Shown here: one piece after another, positions 1-9,223 of the stretch
Numbering within the stretch: the stretch's first letter is position 1
How the letters are laid out: each line of letters starts with the position of its first letter
Notes under the pieces: model-generated
The model's input: only the letters and a program-made list of their open reading frames with translations
Database searches by the model: none
Told to the model about the DNA's origin: nothing
DNA from: Candidatus Helarchaeota ASGARD archaeon Hel_GB_B
GTDB lineage: Archaea; Asgardarchaeota; Lokiarchaeia; Helarchaeales; HEL-GB-B
Reading direction: 5' to 3'
Assembly (NCBI GenBank): GCA_005191425.1
Contig: SUPR01000052.1
Coordinates: 1-24,025 of the forward strand
DNA: 24,025 nucleotides
Program-made: the position numbers and the translations under genes

Positions 1-1077
1 CAATTTTTTATTTTAGGAGTACGAAATGTAGAATTAGTTGGAAATGAATGGATCGTCCCAGGTAATAGTATATATTTACGAGATGTTGGACTAATTTTTT
101 TGGATTATTATAAAGAACATTATAAAGAGTGGAATGGTGAAGACAATTTTTTTGATGGTATTAAAGAAATGCCAGAATTTAAAAAATTGTTGTCGATAAT
201 CTCTAAACCTAGTCTTGGAATTATAAAACAATATGGGGGAAGTGATTTAATAGCAATCAACGCTACGATACCAATTGATTCAGAGAAATTATTTAATAGC
301 GGAATTATTACAGATATTGATTCAGTGATTTTATTTGGCAATATCGAGGATATCAAATTATTACCAGCAAAATTTTTTAAGAAAAAACCATTTGAAGATG
401 AACTAAAAACACCGGATAATATTAATACACAAGTAATTATTCTTTTTTCAAATTTAATTGAGGCCGTAAATAATCTTTGTAATGAAAAAATTAAAGAGAA
501 TGAATCCTTAAGGAATGATTTCTTACTAATCCAATTTGAGGAAAAAAATTTGGGTACTTATTTGTATACTGAATATTTCAAGTCAAAAATCAATAAACTT
601 GGTATTTTTATGAAACTTTATGAACCAATTGAATTATCAAAAAAATATCCGATGTATTTTGTATCAAATGCAATAATTAATGCTACTAAAAAGGGATATG
701 AGTTTTTGAAAAAATGGAAGGAAAACGATGATATAAATCTATTTTCGGAACGCCCTGATTATATTTATGATATACTCCATGGAAAATTAATAAATTTACT
801 ATCCCGTATTAGGTTCTATGAGGAAGTAAAAAAAGGAGAAGAACGATTGAGAACTATTGAAAACTTTTGGAACAAGAAAGAAAAGTTTAAAATTAAAGGA
901 AGAGAAGGAGAAATAAAAATTGTTGTAGAGCCTACAAAAAGGTTGAAACAAAACAATCCACAAGGAATCGATGATTATGGTTGGGGGTCAGATAGTAGAT
1001 ATATTGAATATTTGAATAGAATATCTAAGAAACGATGGGTTAAAAAAGGCGAGAAATGGGTTAGAAACTATGAATAA
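1..1077 (+). CDS. Hypothetical protein, 5'-truncated by the window edge
   Basis: Frame 1 is open from base 1 (QFFILGVRNVELVGNEWIVPGNSIYLRDVGLIFL...) through the TTG at 100 to TAA at 1075-1077, so the true start lies upstream of the window. No family motif recognised. Confidence 0.7.
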   Translation, partial: QFFILGVRNVELVGNEWIVPGNSIYLRDVGLIFLDYYKEHYKEWNGEDNFFDGIKEMPEFKKLLSIISKPSLGIIKQYGGSDLIAINATIPIDSEKLFNSGIITDIDSVILFGNIEDIKLLPAKFFKKKPFEDELKTPDNINTQVIILFSNLIEAVNNLCNEKIKENESLRNDFLLIQFEEKNLGTYLYTEYFKSKINKLGIFMKLYEPIELSKKYPMYFVSNAIINATKKGYEFLKKWKENDDINLFSERPDYIYDILHGKLINLLSRIRFYEEVKKGEERLRTIENFWNKKEKFKIKGREGEIKIVVEPTKRLKQNNPQGIDDYGWGSDSRYIEYLNRISKKRWVKKGEKWVRNYE

Positions 1078-1271
1078 ACTTTTTGTAAATTATTAATTTT
1101 GCAAATATTAGTAAAAAATTATTGAGAATTTAATTTTAAATGTTATTTCCACTTTTTTAAAAAATTGTTAAATATCTTTTAATATTAGATAAGATTAAAC
1201 TTTTTATTCAATGGAATTTTACCTTATAGTAATATTTTAATTATTTGAATAATTTATTTGACTTGACAAAA

Positions 1272-1940
1272 ATGAAAGACAAAAACGAAAAAAAGGTTTT
1301 AGTCTTTTTAAAGCCAGACTGCACAATTAGAAGACCAGTTAGTGCCAAAGTATTGAAAAGTTTCATTGATAACGATTTTAAAATTATTGCATTTAAAGAA
1401 GTTACAGTTAATAATAATTTAGCAGAAAAACATTATGAGGAACATAAAGGAAAATTTTTCTACCCCTGGCTTTGTAAAATGTTGCAATTATCGCCAGTTG
1501 TTGCAATGATCTTAGAAGAAGACCCAGATCGTATAAGAAATTTTATCGGTAATACTTTTTGCCACCAAGCAGAGAAAACAACACTGAGAGGAAAATATGG
1601 AATTTATGGCGGAGTAAATTCAATCCATGCATCAGATAGTTTAGCAAGTGCAGAGCGAGAGTTAGAACTATGGGGAGAAAATCTTGGTCTATTACCCGAA
1701 AAATCAAATGTAAAAGAAAAAATTATTGACTATATAAATAAATGGGATAGAGAATTAAAGACTGATTTAAGTAAAATTAGAGAACTTTGTAATAAAATAA
1801 AATCCGACCCTGAAAACATAAATGTATATCGAGATCAACTTAAAAGTGATTTATTGAACGATTGTAAAGAATTTATTGAGAAAGATAGTAAAATTCTTGA
1901 TAGATTTGTAGATATTATAATTGAAAACATTCTATTATAA
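1272..1940 (+). CDS. ndk: Nucleoside diphosphate kinase with a C-terminal helical extension
   Basis: Motifs LKPD, HYEEHKGKFFY, GNT, LRG and NSIHASDS (catalytic His), followed by AERE. ATG at 1272 is preferred over TTG at 1245. Confidence 0.93.
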   Translation: MKDKNEKKVLVFLKPDCTIRRPVSAKVLKSFIDNDFKIIAFKEVTVNNNLAEKHYEEHKGKFFYPWLCKMLQLSPVVAMILEEDPDRIRNFIGNTFCHQAEKTTLRGKYGIYGGVNSIHASDSLASAERELELWGENLGLLPEKSNVKEKIIDYINKWDRELKTDLSKIRELCNKIKSDPENINVYRDQLKSDLLNDCKEFIEKDSKILDRFVDIIIENILL

Positions 1941-1962
1941 TAAATTAGCTCAATTATTCTCA

Positions 1963-1975
1963 TTTTTTATTTTTT
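1963..1975 (+). terminator. Possible oligo(T) archaeal terminator after ndk
   Basis: TTTTTTATTTTTT about 20 nt after the stop codon; weak evidence in such an AT-rich genome. Confidence 0.3.
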
Positions 1976-2053
1976 AAAACCATTAGGTTAATATTTTCAT
2001 AAATAATTGTAATTACAGCTATTTTAATAATTAATTTAAAGAGTTGACTTTTT

Positions 2054-5000
2054 ATGAAATTTAAGATGTTGACACACAAAATAAAAGTAAAAACATTCAT
2101 ACCTCTATTATTGATTTTAATCTTAAACTCCTTATTCTTTAGTATAATTTACCAAATTAATTTTATTAATAATATAAATTTGGATAATAATTCAAATAAA
2201 GATACACTGAACTCATTTATGAAACAAGATTTCAGCAACAATCACAGTATTTATGGGATAGGAAGTCAATTAAAAACTATTATAAAGAGTAATAAGACCC
2301 ATTTAATAAGTGGAACAATTAAAGACAGTAAATTGAATCCAGACAGAAAATTCAATTTTGAGGTAGATAATAATAATTGGAATTTAACATTTAACAATTT
2401 TACAATAGAGAATATTAAATCGAATTCTACTAAATATATAGTGGACAATTATCCATCAATATTTATAGAAAATAATATTTACAATACCTTCGTTTGGACT
2501 TCGATAAAAATACCAGTAAATTGTATTTTAAATAGTGTAGAAATTTTTGTTCAGGAAACTAATGTTACAAACGGCCCAGCTTGGTATATTTTGACATATA
2601 ATGCATCAAGAGATCCAGTTACATTTTTAGTAATGCCAGACTCGCTTATTTCACTTGTATCTGAGAAAATAGCATATAATCCATCAATTCCAGATTTAAA
2701 TCAGCGGCGTGCAGCACATTGGGAGCTGTTTCCATGTGATAATACAGGAGGAAATGCTCTTTTAGATATTAATAATACTTATAGAGATACTTATGGAAAT
2801 GGTTATTATTTCATTTGTGTTATAATGCCTAGAAAAACTAGCGTATTCGACATAAGATATTTATATCTTAATTCTGACAAAAATGATGAAGATAAAAGTT
2901 ATTTATTTGCTGGGACACTGGGTAATGTCAAATATGAGCCGGCAGATTTATGTTTAGTAGTAAATATATCACCAGTAAATAATAGACCGGCACCATCCGA
3001 AATTGGGCTTGGAATTGAAAACCTTTTAAGACCATCTACGAGAATAGACACCATTGAAAATGAAACTACAGAAATTTTAGGATATGTTTATAATATATCA
3101 GGAGAAAGCAAATGTGTTTCCCAGAATTTTACATTCGACCAAAAGGGAGTTTTAAACAATATTAGTTTATATTTGTCTTTTAATAATTCATATCTATATC
3201 AGAATATTCTTTATGTGGGAATAGTAGCAGATACTGGACTGGGTTATCCAGAGATTTCAGATAGTAATCCAATAATAGATATTGGTGCCTATTTATTTCC
3301 TACAGATGGATATACAGATCAATGGATTACCTTTACAATGTTTGAGCAACCAAGATTAATGCAAGGAAAATACTGGTGGCTACTTCTTGGAAATACTACA
3401 AATGGGGCGAATATATCTGTTAAAGGTCGTAATGATACGAATGGTAATTATGCAATAGCACTTAATGGAACAGTATTTCAAAATAATACAATGATTTGGC
3501 ACGAATTGAATGGAGATTTTGCATGTAAAGTTGGGTGGCATCCAGGTTTTGATGTAATTCCTTTTAAAGATATTATATATAAAGCTCAAAATATCACTGT
3601 GGAAGACCAGATTTCTAATAAATGTATTAGTATCAGAAATATCACATCTACTGAAGGAAAATATTCAGTAGCAGCTCAAAACTTTACAATTCCAGTTAAA
3701 AATGCATTATTGAATAATATAACAATTAGAATTAAAAGCACTTATAATAATACACCAATGAATATGATGGTATTCCCAGATAATGGAACTGGAAATGGGC
3801 CAAACATTAAAAAACTACTGATGTATTCTGTAGGATTACCATCGACTACATCCGAAATATGGTATACTTTTAATTTCGAATATTTAAATGGAGTAGAAGG
3901 TGGCAATTACTGGTGGGTTTTAATCGCTTATACTAATAATACCGATCCAATGAACAATATAACAATATTTGGAGTGAATGATACAATAAACGGTGATAAT
4001 GCAATTGCATTAAACGGGAGTATAGGAGAAAATTGTGCTAATTTTAGCAAATTATCAGTAGATTATGCATGTACAATTGGATGGCAACGTGCTCCAAAAG
4101 GTAGGTGGGTGAATGATACACCACTATATCCAAGTGAAGACAAAAAATATCATTACACGATAAAATCAAGATGGATGGGAGGTATTTCCTTCGATTTAAA
4201 CATTACAAATACAATTAAATCCACTTTTACTATGGACTCTCAATATACCTTTGATTATGACCTACAAAATAAAATAAAATGGAATATTAGCACTAATTTA
4301 GAAGTTCCAGCTAATTTCGTTGAATCATCCATTAATATTACAAAACCGTTAGATTGGAAGGTTCTATTAATAAAAAAAGAAACAAATAATTATTCTAATT
4401 ATAAAATATCATCAGACAATAAATCTATAATAATAAAAGATGTAAGTAATGGTAGTTGGTCAGTACTTGCCCAAAGTAATAATTATATGGGACATATATT
4501 AATATATAAAAATACTGGGACAAGTTATATACCTGCCTCAGAAATTCAAATATATGATAAAGTCAGAATAAATGCAACAATATATGGACAGAATTCGGGG
4601 ACAGTTAAATTAGGGATTTATTACCCAAGTCCGAATAATTTTACTCATTATGAAACATATAAACAACTAGATGTTAATGGAAATGCAACATTTGATTGGG
4701 ACCCAGAATTAGACCCACTTGCAATAGGTGGAAGGTATTCAATAATAATTGAATGGCAAAATGGGACAGAAATTTCATTTCAAGCCACTATGTTAAATAT
4801 ATTACCCACACCAACAAATTTAACAATAATTGAAAATTTTACGAGATTTCCTTATATTAATGACACAACTCAATTTATCATTATTAATTATAAAGATGCT
4901 ATACGGGGTTATAATATTTCAGGTGCTTTATTGAATGTGTCAATATTTGGTCCAAGGAAAAAAGTATTAGAATGGGATGATCTTTATAGCATTACGAAAA

Positions 5001-6598
5001 ATGAGTCGAAACGAGGTTTATATAAGATAAAAATAGATACAACAAATCTACCAATAAATAACACATATTATATCCGAGTTCAAGCGGAGAAAACAGGTTA
5101 TGATATGGGTTTAATTCAAAATATACCATTACAGATTAAGCCGGTTCCTGTGCAACTTATTTCAGATGTTGATAATATAACACAATATATTCACGAACGA
5201 ATTAACTTTAAATGTAGTTTTAAGGACACTTTTCATAAAGCAGATATTGATTGGGGGCACATAGAATATAGAATTGAAAATACTTCATTACATGGAAATT
5301 TTACATTGGCTATGCCTGGTGAAAGTATCTATGAATCAGGGACAATAACATTAACTGGGGAAAATATTACAGGAAATAAGAATTATAAAATAAATGTAAT
5401 TGCAACGGCAGAAAATTGTAGTACAGCCACGATTTCGATTAATTTAATGATCAAAGAAAAGACCCAAACAAAAATAATTCTAAACCCACAATATGTAATT
5501 CCTACTGAGAAAATTGAAGGGCAATCATTATCAATTAGTGTATTTCTAATAAATAGCACAAATGACATGGGGTTAGTTAACAAAACAATTAAATTCTCTT
5601 TTGGAGGTAAAATCCCAGCTAGAATCGCTAAGACAGATGCTAATGGATTGGCATTGGTTGAAATTATAATACCTTCAGGAATTAATTCATTAGATATCTT
5701 CATTGAATATGAAGGCTCAGTCGAAACATATAGTAGTACATATAATTCACCAATTACAGTTAATATAATTTCAATCTGGGAGTATTTCGGAAGATTTTTA
5801 TTATGGGGTATAATTGGAGCAGCTATTCTAACAGCAATGGTAATAACCTATAAGTATACAATTTCTAAACCAAGAATAGCGCGAAAAATTAAAAGACTTA
5901 CCAAAATCTCAAACAAATTTAAAGATATTGCTAATTTACAATTTTTAATGGTCGTACATAAAAATGCAGGTGCATCCATTTTTAATTATCCAATAAGTGA
6001 AACAGAATTTGACCCGGTCTTAGTTAGCGGATTTTTCACCGCAATAAGCGCTTTTGAATCAGAACTTTCCAAAAAAGGTCAGGAAGAGGGAGTAAGCGAA
6101 GGATTTGAATTAAGCTATTCAAAATATAAAATCTTGGTAATGGACGGTAATTTAACAAGAGTTGCATTGATAACCGAAGCAACGGCATCCGAGGAAATAA
6201 GACAAAAACTTAAAGAATTCCAAAAACAATTTGAACAAATATATTATAATGAACTTGTTAATTTTAGAGGCAATGTCGCAGTCTTCAAGACAGCTGGTGA
6301 TATTGTAAAAGAGGTATTTGACCTCTATTTAACTTATCCACAAGTCTTTACCCAAACTGGAAATCAATATTTACAAATGATTGAAAATAACAAACCTATT
6401 AAAGACCTGTCCAAATTGGAAATTGCATTAATTAAAATTATAAGTAGTATAATGAAAACCCGTGGGATCAATTACTTTTTTATACCATTAGTAATCTCAA
6501 TGGCTAAAGCTGCAAGAACTGAACCGGATATCGAAATAATAGGTGGAATATACAATTTAATTCAGCGAAAAATAATCGAACCTGTTGAATTTAAATAA
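2054..6598 (+). CDS. Large single-pass membrane/surface glycoprotein with a cytoplasmic longin-like domain and a C-terminal winged-helix-like domain
   Basis: N-terminal hydrophobic segment FIPLLLILILNSLFFSIIY; beta-rich ectodomain with many N-x-S/T sequons; TM FLLWGIIGAAILTAMVITY (~5795-5852) followed by a basic stretch; then FLMVVHKNAGASIF...DPVLVSGFFTAISAF...FELSYSKYKILVMDG..RVALIT (longin/roadblock-like pattern). Confidence 0.8.
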   Translation: MKFKMLTHKIKVKTFIPLLLILILNSLFFSIIYQINFINNINLDNNSNKDTLNSFMKQDFSNNHSIYGIGSQLKTIIKSNKTHLISGTIKDSKLNPDRKFNFEVDNNNWNLTFNNFTIENIKSNSTKYIVDNYPSIFIENNIYNTFVWTSIKIPVNCILNSVEIFVQETNVTNGPAWYILTYNASRDPVTFLVMPDSLISLVSEKIAYNPSIPDLNQRRAAHWELFPCDNTGGNALLDINNTYRDTYGNGYYFICVIMPRKTSVFDIRYLYLNSDKNDEDKSYLFAGTLGNVKYEPADLCLVVNISPVNNRPAPSEIGLGIENLLRPSTRIDTIENETTEILGYVYNISGESKCVSQNFTFDQKGVLNNISLYLSFNNSYLYQNILYVGIVADTGLGYPEISDSNPIIDIGAYLFPTDGYTDQWITFTMFEQPRLMQGKYWWLLLGNTTNGANISVKGRNDTNGNYAIALNGTVFQNNTMIWHELNGDFACKVGWHPGFDVIPFKDIIYKAQNITVEDQISNKCISIRNITSTEGKYSVAAQNFTIPVKNALLNNITIRIKSTYNNTPMNMMVFPDNGTGNGPNIKKLLMYSVGLPSTTSEIWYTFNFEYLNGVEGGNYWWVLIAYTNNTDPMNNITIFGVNDTINGDNAIALNGSIGENCANFSKLSVDYACTIGWQRAPKGRWVNDTPLYPSEDKKYHYTIKSRWMGGISFDLNITNTIKSTFTMDSQYTFDYDLQNKIKWNISTNLEVPANFVESSINITKPLDWKVLLIKKETNNYSNYKISSDNKSIIIKDVSNGSWSVLAQSNNYMGHILIYKNTGTSYIPASEIQIYDKVRINATIYGQNSGTVKLGIYYPSPNNFTHYETYKQLDVNGNATFDWDPELDPLAIGGRYSIIIEWQNGTEISFQATMLNILPTPTNLTIIENFTRFPYINDTTQFIIINYKDAIRGYNISGALLNVSIFGPRKKVLEWDDLYSITKNESKRGLYKIKIDTTNLPINNTYYIRVQAEKTGYDMGLIQNIPLQIKPVPVQLISDVDNITQYIHERINFKCSFKDTFHKADIDWGHIEYRIENTSLHGNFTLAMPGESIYESGTITLTGENITGNKNYKINVIATAENCSTATISINLMIKEKTQTKIILNPQYVIPTEKIEGQSLSISVFLINSTNDMGLVNKTIKFSFGGKIPARIAKTDANGLALVEIIIPSGINSLDIFIEYEGSVETYSSTYNSPITVNIISIWEYFGRFLLWGIIGAAILTAMVITYKYTISKPRIARKIKRLTKISNKFKDIANLQFLMVVHKNAGASIFNYPISETEFDPVLVSGFFTAISAFESELSKKGQEEGVSEGFELSYSKYKILVMDGNLTRVALITEATASEEIRQKLKEFQKQFEQIYYNELVNFRGNVAVFKTAGDIVKEVFDLYLTYPQVFTQTGNQYLQMIENNKPIKDLSKLEIALIKIISSIMKTRGINYFFIPLVISMAKAARTEPDIEIIGGIYNLIQRKIIEPVEFK
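3113..4090 (+). repeat. Tandem duplicated extracellular domain of ~140-150 aa (about 3113-3545 and 3668-4090)
   Basis: Shared ordered motifs: QNFT..LNNI / W(I/Y)TF / G(K/N)YWW(L/V)L / NI(S/T)..G.NDT.NG..AIALNG / D(F/Y)AC(K/T)(V/I)GW. Confidence 0.85.
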
Positions 6599-6608
6599 TT
6601 TAATTATA

Positions 6609-6622
6609 TTTTTTCTTTTTTT
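6609..6622 (+). terminator. Possible oligo(T) terminator after the large membrane protein gene
   Basis: TTTTTTCTTTTTTT about 10 nt downstream of the stop at 6598. Confidence 0.4.
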
Positions 6623-6840
6623 ACTTGAAAATATTATAGTTTTCAGTTTTTTAAATAACGATTAGAAAATTATTTATTCGTTTGGTCAATTTTATACTAC
6701 TATTCGACTTTTTAATTGTATTAGAGAGATTTATTATTTATTTACTTATAGAATTAAAACTCCTTCGTGTAGAAATAAAAAAATATAGTAATATTTTCAA
6801 AAATAATTAATAACATTTTAATATTAATAAGAATAGTTTC

Positions 6841-6901
6841 AATAGACCATTTACAAACAAGTAAATAATATAAAATCAATAGTAAAATGTAATGGTCTAT
6901 T
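6841..6901. repeat. Inverted repeat upstream of aIF5B
   Basis: AATAGACCATT (6841-6851) is the perfect reverse complement of AATGGTCTATT (6891-6901); it extends by ACA/TGT after a 1-nt bulge, leaving a 32-nt loop. Confidence 0.6.
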
Positions 6902-7003
6902 TGGGTTATATAGATTAAATAAGCGAAAAAAATTCAAAAAAAGATGGATTAATTTAAATATTAAAGAAAAGAACTTTTTGGATTTTATTATTAGGTTATA
7001 AAA

Positions 7004-8803
7004 ATGAATGATACAACAGTTAAACATGAAAGATCTCCCATAGTAGTTATAATGGGCCATATAGATAGTGGAAAAACAAGTATACTAGATAAAATAAGAA
7101 AAACATCAGTTCAGCTCCGCGAAGCAGGTGGAATCACGCAACATATTGGAGCAAGTTTTTTTCCAGCAGAAACAATTATTCAAATATGTGGAGAATTATT
7201 AAAATCCACGAATATTAAATTAGATATTAAAGGTTTATTAATAATAGACACACCAGGTCATGAAGCTTTCATGAATTTAAGGAGACGGGGTAATTCAGTT
7301 GCAGATATTGCAATTTTAGTCATTGATATTAATACGGGTTTTCAAGTACAAACTTATGAATGCATTAAAATATTAAAAGAACGAAGGACGCCATTTTTAA
7401 TTGCAGCTAATAAACTTGACAGGATACCTGGCTGGAAAAGTACTGGTAATACTCTACTTAAATCCATTTCATTACAAGCAGATTATGTAAAAAGAGAGTT
7501 AGATAAAAAAATATATGAAATTGTAGGAGAACTATCAGAAGAAGGGTTTGATTCGGAACGGTTTGATAGAATATCAAATTTTACTAAGACCGTTGCAATA
7601 GTACCAACAAGTGCTGTTACTGCTGATGGTATACCTGAATTATTAATGGTCCTTTCAGGATTAACTATGGGATTCCTCAAAAAGCGGTTAAATGTAAATT
7701 TAGGGAGCGGGAAGGGCACAATTCTGGAAGTTAAAGAAGAAGTGGGCTTAGGAATTACAATCGACACTATTTTATATGATGGGATAATTAGGCAAAACGA
7801 TACAATTGTGGTGGGGGGTAAAGACAAGCCTATAATTACAAAAGTAAAAGCATTACTTGTACCTAAACCATTAGATGAAATTCGAGACCCTAGAGAAAAG
7901 TTCAAGCAGATAGATGAGGTAATTGCTGCAATGGGTGTAAAAATTGTTTCCCCAGATTTAAAAGAAGGAGTTGTCGCAGGAGCCCCAGTCATTGTTGCAA
8001 GAAATGATGATGAAATTCAAGAAGCAATATCAGATGTACAATCAGAAATGAAACAATTATTTATTAGCACTGAAAATTTAGGGGTAATATTAAAAGCAGA
8101 TACATTAGGGTCTTTAGAAGCTATTGTCAATTATTTGAAGAATAGAAACATACCCATCAGAATAGCTGATGTCGGAAATGTATCAAAAAGGGATGTTACA
8201 GAAGCAAACATCGTCAAGCAAAAAGATCCTTCATGGTCTGCAATATTAGCTTTTAATGTAAAAATTTTACCAGATGCAAAAGAAGAAATTTTAGAAAATG
8301 ATATTAAAATTTTTGAAAATAAAATAATCTATAAATTAATAGAAGATTTTGAATTTTGGCATAAGGGAGAGATAGACAGATTAATATCACTTGAACTTAA
8401 AAATATGATTTTACCGGCAGTAATTGAATTTTTACCGGGCTATACTTTTAGAAAATCATCACCAATTGTTATAGGAGTTAAAGTAATAAGCGGAAAACTT
8501 AGACCAAAAATGACGCTAATTAATAAAGATGGGAAAAAAATTGGTATAATACAGCAAATACAAGATAAAGGGCAAAATATACAAGAAGCAAATGAGGGTA
8601 TGGAAGTAGCTATCTCAATTAAAAGTCCATTTACTGTTGGACGCCAGATTAACGAAGGAGATTTATTTTATATAGATATGTCAGAATTCAATTTTAAAAC
8701 ATTAACTGAGAAATTTAAAGACCAATTAAATGAGAGTGAGTTGAAAGCATTAAAAGAATTAGTAAAAATAAAACGGAAAAATAATAAATTTTGGGGTCTT
8801 TAA
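7004..8803 (+). CDS. infB: Translation initiation factor aIF5B (IF-2/eIF5B)
   Basis: PIVVIMGHIDSGKT, EAGGITQHIGA, DTPGHEAF, NKLD, TSA, KADTLGSLEAI; 599 aa. Confidence 0.97.
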   Translation: MNDTTVKHERSPIVVIMGHIDSGKTSILDKIRKTSVQLREAGGITQHIGASFFPAETIIQICGELLKSTNIKLDIKGLLIIDTPGHEAFMNLRRRGNSVADIAILVIDINTGFQVQTYECIKILKERRTPFLIAANKLDRIPGWKSTGNTLLKSISLQADYVKRELDKKIYEIVGELSEEGFDSERFDRISNFTKTVAIVPTSAVTADGIPELLMVLSGLTMGFLKKRLNVNLGSGKGTILEVKEEVGLGITIDTILYDGIIRQNDTIVVGGKDKPIITKVKALLVPKPLDEIRDPREKFKQIDEVIAAMGVKIVSPDLKEGVVAGAPVIVARNDDEIQEAISDVQSEMKQLFISTENLGVILKADTLGSLEAIVNYLKNRNIPIRIADVGNVSKRDVTEANIVKQKDPSWSAILAFNVKILPDAKEEILENDIKIFENKIIYKLIEDFEFWHKGEIDRLISLELKNMILPAVIEFLPGYTFRKSSPIVIGVKVISGKLRPKMTLINKDGKKIGIIQQIQDKGQNIQEANEGMEVAISIKSPFTVGRQINEGDLFYIDMSEFNFKTLTEKFKDQLNESELKALKELVKIKRKNNKFWGL

Positions 8804-8811
8804 ATGATAAA

Positions 8812-9207
8812 TTATTCGGAGGACGGCTCAATTATTGGCTTATTACCGTATTTTGTAATAATAAGATTAATTTGAACTATATCTTCATTGATTGTATTGC
8901 CCCGTACCATTTTTCTCCTTCTTAGCCCCTTTCTTTTAGGGTGGTATCCAACACCACCCTTTAATAAAATTCTTTTACGAACAGAGCCCGAAATATCTTT
9001 GCGCATTGGAAATCCATCTTTATCGCTCCCACCAGTAATTTTAAACTTGTATTTTTGGTCATATCCTAATAATTGCCCAGATATTTCATCATTAATTTTA
9101 TAGCCTAATAAATTTTTAAATTTTGAATCATCTATTTGTATTTGAATTGATTTTCCAATTTTTGGATCGGAAATCACAACATTTACTTTTGACTTTGATT
9201 TGCTCAT
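8812..9207 (-). CDS. rps6e: 30S ribosomal protein eS6 (S6e)
   Basis: VVISDPK, KITGGSDKDGFPMRKDI, GLRRRKMVRGNTI, QINL. Confidence 0.97.
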   Translation of the reverse strand: MSKSKSKVNVVISDPKIGKSIQIQIDDSKFKNLLGYKINDEISGQLLGYDQKYKFKITGGSDKDGFPMRKDISGSVRKRILLKGGVGYHPKRKGLRRRKMVRGNTINEDIVQINLIITKYGNKPIIEPSSE

Positions 9208-9223
9208 TTATTGTCCCTCTTTT

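Noticed and set aside
120-356. 78-aa minus-strand ORF
   Set aside because: Antisense shadow inside the longer plus-strand ORF; no motif.
2008-2017. Perfect palindrome TGTAATTACA upstream of the large membrane gene, and tandem TGTAAAT x2 at 13784-13797
   Set aside because: Short AT-rich motifs like these are expected many times by chance; no consistent regulon motif could be supported.
2266-5703. Minus-strand ORFs 2266-2448, 3380-3589 and 5383-5703
   Set aside because: Antisense shadows of the 1514-aa gene; their hydrophobic look comes from reading an A-rich sense strand backwards.
6851-7060. 69-aa minus-strand ORF
   Set aside because: Overlaps the infB start and its upstream region; low-complexity F/L/I composition, no motif.
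7483-7992. 169-aa minus-strand ORF
   Set aside because: Antisense shadow of aIF5B.
8888-9103. 71-aa plus-strand ORF
   Set aside because: Antisense shadow of rps6e.
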